A DNA stretch of 48,458 nt from an uncultured Selenomonadales bacterium (GTDB lineage Bacteria > Bacillota > Negativicutes > Selenomonadales > Selenomonadaceae), in the NCBI GenBank assembly GCA_946406415.1, contig CAMJKR010000001.1, forward strand, positions 1 to 48,458, written 5' to 3'. Below the pieces are notes generated by a model. That model saw nothing but the letters and a program-made list of their open reading frames with translations, ran no database searches and was not told the origin of the DNA. Both the position numbers and the translations under genes were made by a program. Shown piece by piece: positions 1-9,908 of the stretch (position 1 is its first letter; every line of letters starts with the position of its first letter).

Positions 1-88
1 ATCTAAATTTTTCTCCTCTCTCTAATTTCTTGTCCACTTTATTGACTATTATCCACACTGACATTAAATCTAAATCCTTACTTTTCAT
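1..88 (-). CDS. hypothetical protein, first ~29 codons only (gene runs off left edge)
   Basis: ATG at 88 on the minus strand, directly preceded by purine-rich GGGGAAGAGGA. Reads MKSKDLDLMSVWIIVNKVDKKLERGEKF.. to position 1. Too short to assign. Confidence 0.25.
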   Translation of the reverse strand, partial: MKSKDLDLMSVWIIVNKVDKKLERGEKFR

Positions 89-393
89 ATCCTCTTCCCC
101 TTTCTATATCATTTTATCACTAAATTGAAACATATATACTTCTTTATCTTTATGTTTCTTCTTTTTTCTCCAAAGCACACCAAAATACTAACTGTCTCTT
201 CATCTTTTGCCTACATTGACAACATATTTCTTCTTAAATGTATGAGTAGCAAAAAAGAAATTGAGGAGTTTTCTTCTTCTTCTTTTCCTTTTCTTTATTC
301 TCTTTCCTTTAAAAAATAGGGATATGGATAAATCTAGTACACTTTTGTTTGTCGTTGTTGTTGTCAACCTTCTCCTAGACTGACTTTTAAGCA

Positions 394-445
394 TAAAAAA
401 AAGATAGAAAGAAAAGATTCCGCCGCGCAGATTTCTTTTTTCCTA
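394..445 (-). terminator. possible rho-independent terminator downstream of the primase gene
   Basis: On the minus strand: an imperfect A/T-rich stem (GGAAAAAAGAAAT .. ATCTTTTCTTTCT) around a GC loop (ctgcgcggcgga), followed by a run of 8 T. Lies about 130 nt after the stop at 577. Confidence 0.25.
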
Positions 446-576
446 TCCTATAGACTAAAAAAGACAACAGCAAACAAGCCCATTCAAAGAGGAATTTTTT
501 GAAAGGAAGGCAACCAACTTTCTTTTTTGTTACCTTTGTATCGGTAAACTGATTTTCAAATAGCAATGGAAAAGAG

Positions 577-3453
577 TTAGGCGGCTATGTCTTTTGTGAT
601 AATTCTTTCAAAAGCGACGCGCTGTTGACCATAAGCTCCACAACGTTTCCAAGTAGTGCGTTTCCAACCATCGATCCGAGCAAGGATTTCGTTGATTTGT
701 CTGAGGAGTGCGCGTTCTTTGCCAGGATTGTCAACTCTGAAGAGTTCGTAAGCGATTTCTACAGCGGAAACAACTATGCGTTTGACTGTACCGACTGAAT
801 GGTTATTAGGGCTATAGCTATAATTATCTGAATTGGCAGAATTGTCCGGACTAGCATTTTGCACAAATGCGCGGCATTCTATCATGGTTTTGCTCCGCCA
901 ATCTTCAGGTAGAAGAATATCGAGATAGGCGCGAATCATGCCTTCAAGCTCGGAACCTTCCGTATAGTCGCCTTGTAACTGTTTAGCAACGTCGAAAACT
1001 TCCTGTGGAGGAACGAGCTTGCTGTCGTCGAAGCCGTCTTTGAAAAGTTCGTTGTAGAAGACAAGAACTTCAGCCCAAAGCTGATCAATATAGTTCTTGT
1101 CGATTTTGGAGAGGCGTTCTTTAACTTCATCATTATTGGCAAGAGCAATGAGAATAAGGAAGCGTCTAGCCCCTGTTAGGTCTTTCAAAAATTCTTCGCT
1201 GTTGGTGGTGCCAGCAAAGACAGCTTGACGAAGGTATTCTTCCGAACGACGAAGGTAAGGGAGACGAATCTTATCAATACGTCGAGAGATGAAAGACTTA
1301 ATAGCTTCATTGGTCGATTTTTTAGTTGCTTGCATTTCGCCGAGTTCAATAATCCAAGAGCCGAGAAGTTGTTCGATAGCGTCTTTACCGTTAATGGAAT
1401 CAATAGAATCGTTGAACCACATTCTGCCAAGTTTGGAAAAAACGGTAGATTTGCCGACACCTTGATCGCCTTTAACTATAAGCGCATAGTCCCACTTACA
1501 GCCAGGATTGAAAATACGAGCAACAGCGGCAAGAAGCCAATGGAGCGTTACGCATCGAGCGTAGTACGAATCTGTAACTTTAAGCGTGTCGATGAAGAAA
1601 GTTTCAGCGCGTTTTATTCCGTCCCATTTGGGCAGAGAATTAAGGTAGTCTTGAACGGGATGAAAACTATTAGCTATGGCGTATTCGTCGACTGCCCTCA
1701 GCAACGTTTTGAAGTTGTCCAGTCCGTCATAAGTACGGCTTATGTAGTTGGCAAGAGCATTGTCATCGGAGTTCGACCAAGCAGGACGCCCAATAAGAGA
1801 GTTCGACCAGGGAAGCGGACGTTTGATTACCATTTTGTAGGAAAAAACATCGTAGCCGACGCAATCCCTGATATAGGGGTCATTGTGTAAGATAAGCTCG
1901 AAGTTAGCAGTGTTGCCTTTGGGATTACCGTAGCGATCGCGTTCGAGATTTTTGGAAATGATAGAGATAATCTTGTTGTTTCTTTCTTCGCTGGGAGATT
2001 GAGTGTAAAGAGTCGAGATAATCTTGAAGTCAGCAATACGTTGTTGGACAAGTTGCTCACGGCGTTTTTTTGCGAGTTCGATAGCAAGTTGTTGCTCGCG
2101 CTCTTTATCCTCGCGTTTTTTTGCTCTCTTGATAGGTTTAATGAGGTCGTTGATTTGGTCGTCGAAAACCTTCAAGTCCACGGAACCGGCTTTGCATTTG
2201 CCTCTGAAGTCTGCGAAAGTATCAGGCTGATAGACGTTGCAGAGCGCGACTGCACTGAGAATTTTTTTCTGGAGAATAGTTGCATTGGTGAAGTCGGTAA
2301 TAGTACCGAGCAAGTTGATAGCGGCGTCAAGGTCTTTGTTACCTGTGTTTGCCGTAGTTTTAGAATCAGAAATTTTTTCAGTAACGGGAGTAATTGATTC
2401 CGTCACAGAATTTTCTTTTGCAGGCTCGACGTTTTGAGTGTTGTTATCAGATTGAATGGATTTTTCGGCGTCGAGTTTAACCTGTGTGGCGTTTTGTGCA
2501 AAGGCAGTTTTGTCGGCTACGAGAGCTTCATTAGCGTCCTTGTGCTCGCCATAGATGCCGTTGGCGACGACGTTGGGAATGCCAAGTTTGTCGAGTTGTT
2601 TTTTGATATTCAAAGTAGTCTCCTTTCCGGCGGGGTCATTGTCCAGAGCTAGAATCAAGTATTTGGGCAGGACAGACTTAGCCTTAATGTAATTGATGAA
2701 TTTGCCTGCGTTGGCAGTACTACCGAGAGCGATGGCTTTGTAGCCAACTTCGTGAAAGCTGATAGCGTCGAACTCCCCTTCAACGACAAAAGTAAAATCT
2801 GAATCAAGAGCGGAAGTGTTGAAAAGAGAAGAGGATCCGACCTTTTGTTTGGAATATTTTTGCTGATAGTCGGGAATCTTATCGCGAGTGTCACGAGCGA
2901 GGTAGCTGAATTTACTCGTAGGAATGATGAGACGCGGAGATTTGGGCGCATTGTTGACTTTAGGATGACTCCAAGCAAAAACGAATCCGAGTTTGAAGTG
3001 ACGACAAGTGTCGAGAGAGAAACCGCGCCGCTTGTAATAGTCCGTTTTCTCCAAATCTTGGGTTGCTTGATTGAAGAAATCAGAGTAGTCGACTTGTTCA
3101 TTGGAAACGGGTTTGGACGTAGGTTTAGGCATTTTGCGGAAGATTCTGTGCGGGTGGTAAGAGTAAGAAAGTCCGAAATGTTCAGCAAGAGCTTTAGCAG
3201 CTTCGATGTAAGTCCAGCCCATTTCTTCAGCCTTGAGTTTGATAACGTCACCGCTGAATCCACAGCGGAAGCAATGAAGAATATCGCTGTTCGAGTTACC
3301 GTTGCGGTCGGTCTTGATGAAATTGATACCGTCACCGTCAGAGCCTGAACCGTTACCACAGATAGGACAAATAATTCCTTTTCCTTTGCGGTCGCTCGGA
3401 TACAGTTCGTGTAGGTGTTGCTTGGTGTGAACCCTGATTGCCTGTAAGTCCAT
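577..3453 (-). CDS. DNA primase (CHC2-type zinc finger + Toprim) fused to a VirE-family P-loop NTPase; element replication protein
   Basis: Zinc finger CPICGNGSGSDGDG...HCFRCGFSGD. Toprim VVEGEFDAISF ... LALDNDPAGK. C-terminal VirE-like Walker A IVKGDQGVGKST and IIELGEM. Start moved to ATG 3453 (MDLQAIRVH..), which has AGGAGT 8 nt upstream; the ORF-track start at 3507 lacks an RBS. Confidence 0.85.
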   Translation of the reverse strand: MDLQAIRVHTKQHLHELYPSDRKGKGIICPICGNGSGSDGDGINFIKTDRNGNSNSDILHCFRCGFSGDVIKLKAEEMGWTYIEAAKALAEHFGLSYSYHPHRIFRKMPKPTSKPVSNEQVDYSDFFNQATQDLEKTDYYKRRGFSLDTCRHFKLGFVFAWSHPKVNNAPKSPRLIIPTSKFSYLARDTRDKIPDYQQKYSKQKVGSSSLFNTSALDSDFTFVVEGEFDAISFHEVGYKAIALGSTANAGKFINYIKAKSVLPKYLILALDNDPAGKETTLNIKKQLDKLGIPNVVANGIYGEHKDANEALVADKTAFAQNATQVKLDAEKSIQSDNNTQNVEPAKENSVTESITPVTEKISDSKTTANTGNKDLDAAINLLGTITDFTNATILQKKILSAVALCNVYQPDTFADFRGKCKAGSVDLKVFDDQINDLIKPIKRAKKREDKEREQQLAIELAKKRREQLVQQRIADFKIISTLYTQSPSEERNNKIISIISKNLERDRYGNPKGNTANFELILHNDPYIRDCVGYDVFSYKMVIKRPLPWSNSLIGRPAWSNSDDNALANYISRTYDGLDNFKTLLRAVDEYAIANSFHPVQDYLNSLPKWDGIKRAETFFIDTLKVTDSYYARCVTLHWLLAAVARIFNPGCKWDYALIVKGDQGVGKSTVFSKLGRMWFNDSIDSINGKDAIEQLLGSWIIELGEMQATKKSTNEAIKSFISRRIDKIRLPYLRRSEEYLRQAVFAGTTNSEEFLKDLTGARRFLILIALANNDEVKERLSKIDKNYIDQLWAEVLVFYNELFKDGFDDSKLVPPQEVFDVAKQLQGDYTEGSELEGMIRAYLDILLPEDWRSKTMIECRAFVQNASPDNSANSDNYSYSPNNHSVGTVKRIVVSAVEIAYELFRVDNPGKERALLRQINEILARIDGWKRTTWKRCGAYGQQRVAFERIITKDIAA

Positions 3454-3746
3454 ATAATCAACTCCTTTTGGTAAAATATTATGTATGAAAGAAAAGACGA
3501 CACCCACCTGTTCGGTGAATGTCGTCTATCTTTTTCTCTTAGAGAGTCTTGCAAGAAACTTAGTTTTGCTTTATAATGAAACTCCATGAATTAGAGAATG
3601 ACTAATGGGTTTTTCATAGAGGTTGTTCTAAGCGATTAAGTCTTTTCTGATTCTGTGAGTGACTATCACCGAATTGGTAGCTTTAGGGGAATATACGGCA
3701 TTCACTAAGGTTGACTCTCTGGGATGGCAGGAATCATTCACCAGTG

Positions 3747-3779
3747 GCTCTGTAGGTCTGGTAAACTTGCAGAGCTTTT
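3747..3779 (+). terminator. hairpin plus T-run inside an ORF-free ~390-bp gap (possible end of a small RNA)
   Basis: GCTCTG (3747-3752) pairs with CAGAGC (3770-3775) and is followed by TTTT. The surrounding 3650-3800 segment is visibly GC-richer than its flanks and has no credible ORF. Confidence 0.2.
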
Positions 3780-3847
3780 CGCGTTTATGTAGGTCTTTCT
3801 ATAGTCTTGCCCTCCGTAAAATTTATGATTACCCTTATATTTGACGT

Positions 3848-4576
3848 TTAAGCGATAATTCCTTCAAGTTTAAAATTATGATTTAAAAAATTGATTGTGC
3901 CATGATTATTGCTTAAAAGGGAATTTATTGATTTTACTTCGATGATTTGTAATGAGTTGCCGCTGAGATTTAAGTGCATAACGATTAAGTTTATCAGTTC
4001 AATTATTGTGAAAGAATACGCATTCGTTTTGAGTAACTTTAGCTTCCAGTGGCGATTTAACTCTATCTCCAACTTCGATTGAATATATTCCATAATCTCT
4101 ATGTTTTTTTCTTGAAATATGAGTTCTAAGAGATGTACTTGATTAGAGTACAGATTACGTTTTCTTACGGCGTTTATGGAGGAACCGTCAGACGCATATC
4201 CTCCGCCATGTGGAAAGTAAAGTTTATCATCAATTTCGGTTAATGTCATGCAATGATTGGAACGAAGATTGGCTCTGGTTTCATCTGATATTTTTTCTGA
4301 TAATTTTCCATCGTCTAATAAATATAGTAAATGCGACCAATTATCTTTTACTATGAGTAATAGTTCTTTTTGTGAATACACGTTTTTCATATCATGTGGA
4401 TATATTTGCACTAAGTACATGGTATTGTCATCGCAACAAGCAAAAAGCTGATATTTACTTCTCTTTGCTGTGCCGTCGTCATGAAATCTTTTTGTCAAAT
4501 GAAAGTGATATATTCCCCAGTCGTTTAACAAATCATCGTTGAATTTACGTTTAATCCATCTGGATTTTGTTGACAT
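3848..4576 (-). CDS. hypothetical protein (242 aa), co-oriented downstream of the Type III R-M genes
   Basis: Long ORF with no competing frame. Contains WGIYHFHL and YPHD segments. I do not recognise the family. Confidence 0.55.
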   Translation of the reverse strand: MSTKSRWIKRKFNDDLLNDWGIYHFHLTKRFHDDGTAKRSKYQLFACCDDNTMYLVQIYPHDMKNVYSQKELLLIVKDNWSHLLYLLDDGKLSEKISDETRANLRSNHCMTLTEIDDKLYFPHGGGYASDGSSINAVRKRNLYSNQVHLLELIFQEKNIEIMEYIQSKLEIELNRHWKLKLLKTNAYSFTIIELINLIVMHLNLSGNSLQIIEVKSINSLLSNNHGTINFLNHNFKLEGIIA

Positions 4577-4602
4577 GAATTTACTTAAATCTTCGCTTGT
4601 GG

Positions 4603-4872
4603 TTACTTGTCTAACAAATTCTTTAAGGCTTGTTCATAGCCTTCTGGGCATTTGAACTGCTTTGAATACATTACTTGTCGAGGCTTTGGGATAATGGTTA
4701 ATTGCTCATTTTTGAAATAAACTAACAAAAGATTACCAGCGTAATTTGATAAATCTTCATCAGAGTAACCTTTGGTTTTCAACAAAAAATGTGCTATTTT
4801 TTCTAAGTCTTCAATGAAATCCATTGTAATAGACCACGAATTTTTTTCTAATAGGCAATTTTGGATTTTCAT
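4603..4872 (-). CDS. hypothetical small protein (89 aa)
   Basis: ORF lying between res and the 242-aa ORF on the same strand. GGGAG sits about 13 nt upstream of ATG 4872. No recognisable motif. Confidence 0.45.
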   Translation of the reverse strand: MKIQNCLLEKNSWSITMDFIEDLEKIAHFLLKTKGYSDEDLSNYAGNLLLVYFKNEQLTIIPKPRQVMYSKQFKCPEGYEQALKNLLDK

Positions 4873-4918
4873 TATAAAGATTTTTCTCCCATTTTATACG
4901 TTTGTAAAACAGTTTCTA

Positions 4919-7780
4919 TTACCTCGCTTGTCCAAATGAGTTGAAAATGTTATCGAGTTCTCCATTGCTAGAGGCATGGCATACTCTGTCGCAAATTTCA
5001 GCTTTAGATATATCAAGCCGTGTAAAAACTTTTTGTCCAAGTATTTTCTTTTCGCGAATCAGTTGTAGTCTGCCGGAGATTTGATTTTCTTTGGCGTAGT
5101 TAGCAAAACCTTTTGCCTTACCAATATTGTCTCTTTGATTGGGGTCGTGTGGCTCCAAAATATCGACGACGTAACCATCTTCATTGTGACGCACAATAAG
5201 AAAATCTGGAAAGAATGACTTCGTTTCGTTCAATTCGTTGTTGTAGGGAATAGCCAGTGACCACGACGCACGTTGACAATTTCTCAGCCAACAGACAAAA
5301 TCTTTGCATTTTTGTTCTTCGCGCAGGACGCCTTCTTCCCAGCCGTCAAGCTTAATCGTTGCCGTTCCTGTTGTCTCGTCGACGAACAGATGATCCGAAT
5401 ATTCTTTGCCATTGACGTCGTGAGGCATTGAAATTGTTGACGGCAGTAAGAAATTATATTTACTGACCTCGTCACCGTTCCAGACGATTGTATTATACTC
5501 ATTTTTCAAAGCAATAGGCAAAGTTATAGTCTTGCGTCTGAATTTATCGCACAGGTCATGAAATTTAGTTTTGGCAAAACGCTCAAGATTGACAAGACAG
5601 TCATGATTAGCAACGAAGAGGATAACGTTAATCTTGCCATCCTCAAGGTCATCACCCGCGTCTAAAATATTTTGCAGGTATCTGTTTGAGACACCTTCAT
5701 TTTTCAATACAACTTCAGCTTGACGAAATTGTCTTTCTATGTCGGTATCTGTCGTTACAAATAAATCTTGGCTAATGATTTGAGTGACACTTTCGCCAAA
5801 AGCGTCGAAGACCTGCGCGGACAGTTTAAATTCTTTAGCTTGTTGATAGAGTGTATTATATTCTCTTGACGCTTTAAGCTTGTCAATATAATTGCCAATG
5901 AAAGCGGCGACATCATCAAGTACGTCATCAAAAGCTGATTGCAATAATAAACTTCTCGTAAGGAAGTTCGCCATTTGAAATAGAGACTTTAAGTAGTCGT
6001 TAATTCGCTCGCTTCTGACTTTATAAGTTGACAACCCCATAGCATTTATAGCTTTTACGATTTTCTCGCGGTCAAAGACAGCTTGCATTGGTGGCATTTT
6101 TTTAGTGGAAATTTTAGAGGTTGAATTATTTTTCGTGTCTTCTGGAGTCAATGCAAAATGGTTATGTGATGGTTCAACTTCTCTTTTTTCCGATATTGTC
6201 GTAAAATTATCATGCGGTGTTTCTGAATATTCAGAAGAAAAATTTTCGTCGTGGAATATTTCAGTCGTTGACGAAGTGAGATTTTTTGATTGTGTCTTTA
6301 AATTGTAGAAAGAAAAATTTTGGTTATCGTCAGTTGTTCCTGTCATTGGAAAATTGTCGATTGGCTTTGCGGGAATTTTAGCAACGCCTTTGACTGTTAG
6401 AGTATCAATTTTTCTTTCACCGAGTGATTCTCCGATAATCTCTGTTGGAATGGTTTCTCCTTCCGATCGTTGAAGTTCGCGAACAATTTCCTGAACTGTT
6501 CCTTTATCAAAGTAGGGCAGGTACAGGCGCACTTCATTTAAGGTGTCGTTACTCTCAATATGGCGTCGCAAGGGTGTGCGAATCATTCGACCTAATAATT
6601 GAGCGATATAAGTAGCGTCGACTGCTCGACGGAAAGACATCATGGTTTCGGCTTGAGGGCAATCCCAGCCCGTTGAAAGATTTTCCTTGAAGAAAACCAC
6701 GCGAATTTTATCATCGCCCGAAATACTTGACGGGTTGCGATATTGAACTTGCAGACTGTTAATCGTTAAATCAGCCGTATCTCCAAACGTGTGAACGACC
6801 TCGCCGACTTCAAACGCAATGCCCGTACGCTGAGAAATTTTCTTTAGGCATTCGTCTAAATCGGTGTCGGAAATCTTACCGCTGGAACCGTTTGCCACTT
6901 GAACGACAAATATCGGATTGAAATTTTTCGCGTTCTGTTCACCGAGATATTGCCGCCAATGTTCGCACTTGTTCTTCCACTCATCAGTAGCTGCTTCCAG
7001 AATTGCCATATCTTTTGCAATGGAAGTACTTGTCTGTTCGTCGGGATAAATGACGATTATTCGCTCCTTAAGTAAGCCGGAAGCTTTAACTTCGTCGGTT
7101 TCAACAATAACACGTCGAATTGTTGCAGAGCTTTTGGCGACCAGATTGTTAAAACGTGCAGGAGTCGCACTCATACCGATGACGACAGGCACAGGCTCGA
7201 ATTTATCATCTGTGCTACCCTTGATGAATTTTTGCATAATGGTAGTAGCGCGAGCTGCCGCATTATCTTTCATGCCACGATGCGCCTCGTCAATGATGAA
7301 GTAAATTTTATCGGTCTTCGCTAAAATCGTGTTTCGTAGTGTTTCCCATATAGTGTATTGTCGAAAGTCCGAGTGTTTTGTTAAATTGCTACCCTTGCCA
7401 AGTTTTTGCGTGTTAAGAAAATAAATCTTGCCGTCTTCCAGAGTTTGTTGGTCAAAGTTGTCGTCTTCAATTATGATGAGTTGAGAGCGATTTATTTTGT
7501 CCGCGTTGAAGTAGAATTTATCGCAGGATTGCTGATTGAGTTCGGGTGAATCACTTAACCAGACGAAAATTGCATCTGGCTGTGCAGGATAATTTTCATT
7601 TCCACGATATACCTGCTCTACTAATGCCGCCAACATTATCGTCTTACCTGCGCCCGTCGGTGCGGTAAATGAAATCGCTTGTGGTACGTCTGTTAATTTG
7701 TAATCAGCTTGAGCGACCATAAGGAATTTTCTAAGGTGGTGCACGGCGTTTATTTGGAAAGAAAAAAGTTCAAATTTCAT
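4919..7780 (-). CDS. res: Type III restriction enzyme, Res subunit (SF2 helicase + C-terminal PD-(D/E)XK-like nuclease)
   Basis: Motif I FTAPTGAGKT and motif II FIIDEAHRG (DEAH). C-terminal FPDFLIV...VVDILEPHD...GKAKG nuclease-like segment. Lies 4 nt downstream of a DPPY methylase gene. Confidence 0.85.
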   Translation of the reverse strand: MKFELFSFQINAVHHLRKFLMVAQADYKLTDVPQAISFTAPTGAGKTIMLAALVEQVYRGNENYPAQPDAIFVWLSDSPELNQQSCDKFYFNADKINRSQLIIIEDDNFDQQTLEDGKIYFLNTQKLGKGSNLTKHSDFRQYTIWETLRNTILAKTDKIYFIIDEAHRGMKDNAAARATTIMQKFIKGSTDDKFEPVPVVIGMSATPARFNNLVAKSSATIRRVIVETDEVKASGLLKERIIVIYPDEQTSTSIAKDMAILEAATDEWKNKCEHWRQYLGEQNAKNFNPIFVVQVANGSSGKISDTDLDECLKKISQRTGIAFEVGEVVHTFGDTADLTINSLQVQYRNPSSISGDDKIRVVFFKENLSTGWDCPQAETMMSFRRAVDATYIAQLLGRMIRTPLRRHIESNDTLNEVRLYLPYFDKGTVQEIVRELQRSEGETIPTEIIGESLGERKIDTLTVKGVAKIPAKPIDNFPMTGTTDDNQNFSFYNLKTQSKNLTSSTTEIFHDENFSSEYSETPHDNFTTISEKREVEPSHNHFALTPEDTKNNSTSKISTKKMPPMQAVFDREKIVKAINAMGLSTYKVRSERINDYLKSLFQMANFLTRSLLLQSAFDDVLDDVAAFIGNYIDKLKASREYNTLYQQAKEFKLSAQVFDAFGESVTQIISQDLFVTTDTDIERQFRQAEVVLKNEGVSNRYLQNILDAGDDLEDGKINVILFVANHDCLVNLERFAKTKFHDLCDKFRRKTITLPIALKNEYNTIVWNGDEVSKYNFLLPSTISMPHDVNGKEYSDHLFVDETTGTATIKLDGWEEGVLREEQKCKDFVCWLRNCQRASWSLAIPYNNELNETKSFFPDFLIVRHNEDGYVVDILEPHDPNQRDNIGKAKGFANYAKENQISGRLQLIREKKILGQKVFTRLDISKAEICDRVCHASSNGELDNIFNSFGQAR

Positions 7781-7784
7781 GTCG

Positions 7785-9881
7785 TCACCCGCTTATTTTA
7801 AAATTTTCCAAATAGTCGCGGTAGAGCTGATAAGTTGTCTTGTCCGCGAAATTTTTAATCATAGCGTGATAACCGTAATCCGAGTCGGTGATAATAAAAA
7901 TCGTGTCAATCTCCTGTTTGGCGAGAACTTCGCGTTCAAAGTTGCTGAAAAATTTTTCATCGAGCAGGACGGCAAAATTATTTTCAGGCAGAATTAACAT
8001 TGACGGCAGATTTTTTTGGTCAACGGTCGGACATTTGCCGCGACACCCCGCTTTAAACCACAGCACCGGCAAAAGTTCTTTGAACTGCCTACCGAGCGCA
8101 ACATAATCTTTGTCGAGAAAACCAAGCTTGAAAAATGCGGCATTGGCTTTGAAGCCGTCAGCCATAGGCAAATCAGAGCCGAGATAATTTCCATTGAGCG
8201 GTGCGCCGTTAATGTCGTGTCCTTCAATACTACAAACGATTCGCGGCCACGTGACATAGCGAGCGACACCGAGTTTCTGCCATTCTTCGTCAGCGGGAGT
8301 ATATCTTGCGCGACGAAGATTTTTTTCCTCCGCGTCAGAAACTTCGTTATTTGTGACGAGAATGCAACGCCTATTACCACCGTCTTCCGCGTTGAGCAAA
8401 TTGACTGCGTGAAGAGTAGTGCCGCTACCCGCAAAGAAATCAATAATTAGCGCGTTGGGCTTATTTGCCACGAAAAAATTCAGCGCGTCACGCACCGCGT
8501 ACAACGATTTTGGAAAGGAAAATCGATTGCCGATAAGTTTTTTCAAGATTAGGCTACCGTTTGTCTGTGCATTATGTGAAGCTAAATTCCAAACAGTTTT
8601 AGGCATCATCAATTTAGTCTCATTGTAGACGCCAATAACTTCGTTTTGCATTCCACGTCCCGTTATTGTAACTTTCCCGTTTTCGATGTCATCGACTATT
8701 CCTGACGGCAAATAATTGACGACAGCTTTTTTAGGATTATTACCATTTGAAATTTTCAAGTAACCTTTTGCCAATAAGTCTCGTGCAGTTTCAAAATGCT
8801 TGCCCCAAAGAGTCTCGGTGCCGTCTGGTCTTAACGGAAAAAGTGCATAGCAATTATCGGGCGTAGTTACGTCAAAACGATTTTCTGTAAGTGACAACGC
8901 TTTGCCTATGGAATCAATTAGTCCTGTCGACTTGTTCACGAAGACTGGATAAAACTGATTTGGTCTAGCAGAACGGACACTTGTCCGTTCTCGGCGTCTC
9001 AAGCTCCGCCATTCTATATTTTTTTTCGTGTTACTTGGAATATCTTCCTCGTCGTTTTGCAATTCAAACATATTTGATTTATTTGGCGAAAGTTGTGCGT
9101 TACCAATCATGACGAAAAATATGAATTCATTCGTCCGCGAGAATTCGTTAAAGCGAGCTGTTCCTTCAGGCTTTATAATCGTTGTTACCATCTGAATATT
9201 TGCGCCACGAAAAATTTCTTCCAGCAGACAGCCGAGGTGCAGATATTCATGTTCATCAATGGTCACAATCAAGATGGAGTCTCGCGGATTCAGAAGGTCT
9301 TTGGCAAGCTTGAGCCGCCGTTCTATCATGGCAAGCCATTTGCTATGAGGATGATCATCGCCGTCAACATAAGAGTTGTTATATTTCCAATCGCGTGCTC
9401 CTGTATTATACGGCGGGTCAATGTAGATACAATCAACCTTTCCACCGTAAAGATATTTGAGTAATTGAAGTGCATGATAGTTATCCGATTCAATGAGCGC
9501 GTGCCAGAGTGAGGAGTCGGGCGCGTTACAGACGGTATCGAGCGGCTGAAGATAAGGATAAATCGGATCTCCGAATTGAGCAACGCTAATTACGTCGTCT
9601 TTGTTTAAAGTCATTTCTTCGCCGTCAGAGACTCTAACACAGGAAATAGAATTATCGACAATTTTCGTAACGCGATAAAGGTCGTCAAGCTTGCCAGCTT
9701 TTCGTGCGACGAGAGATTTTTTCTTTATTGACACGTTGTAAAGCGGGGTGCATTCGGGATTTTGCGGCTCGAAAACCAATCCGAATTTTTTTGTACTTTT
9801 CAACGTGACAATTTCTTTTTCTATACGTCGCCGCAAATTTTCATCAGATATTTCCTGAATTAAGTCATCTAACGCGGACAT
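7785..9881 (-). CDS. mod: Type III DNA methyltransferase, Mod subunit (N6-adenine/N4-cytosine class, beta motif order)
   Basis: Motif IV IYIDPPYNTG lies upstream of motif I IDFFAGSGTTLHA. Start set to ATG 9881 (MSALDDL..) with GGAG upstream; the ORF-track GTG at 9893 overlaps that RBS. Confidence 0.85.
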   Translation of the reverse strand: MSALDDLIQEISDENLRRRIEKEIVTLKSTKKFGLVFEPQNPECTPLYNVSIKKKSLVARKAGKLDDLYRVTKIVDNSISCVRVSDGEEMTLNKDDVISVAQFGDPIYPYLQPLDTVCNAPDSSLWHALIESDNYHALQLLKYLYGGKVDCIYIDPPYNTGARDWKYNNSYVDGDDHPHSKWLAMIERRLKLAKDLLNPRDSILIVTIDEHEYLHLGCLLEEIFRGANIQMVTTIIKPEGTARFNEFSRTNEFIFFVMIGNAQLSPNKSNMFELQNDEEDIPSNTKKNIEWRSLRRRERTSVRSARPNQFYPVFVNKSTGLIDSIGKALSLTENRFDVTTPDNCYALFPLRPDGTETLWGKHFETARDLLAKGYLKISNGNNPKKAVVNYLPSGIVDDIENGKVTITGRGMQNEVIGVYNETKLMMPKTVWNLASHNAQTNGSLILKKLIGNRFSFPKSLYAVRDALNFFVANKPNALIIDFFAGSGTTLHAVNLLNAEDGGNRRCILVTNNEVSDAEEKNLRRARYTPADEEWQKLGVARYVTWPRIVCSIEGHDINGAPLNGNYLGSDLPMADGFKANAAFFKLGFLDKDYVALGRQFKELLPVLWFKAGCRGKCPTVDQKNLPSMLILPENNFAVLLDEKFFSNFEREVLAKQEIDTIFIITDSDYGYHAMIKNFADKTTYQLYRDYLENFKISG

Positions 9882-9908
9882 AAAAAAAATCACTCCAACA
9901 ACGGAAAT

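Noticed and set aside
125-394. Two overlapping 64-aa ORFs on opposite strands in the first 400 bp
   Set aside because: They lie in AT-rich, polypyrimidine/polypurine low-complexity sequence, have no RBS and give implausible low-complexity translations. I treat the region as non-coding.
936-3587. Many 60-310-aa ORFs in other frames or on the other strand across the primase gene (for example 1225-1890 +, 2655-3587 -, 2845-3348 +)
   Set aside because: They are shadow ORFs of the 958-aa primase/VirE gene, whose motifs are unambiguous. None has an RBS or a recognisable motif.
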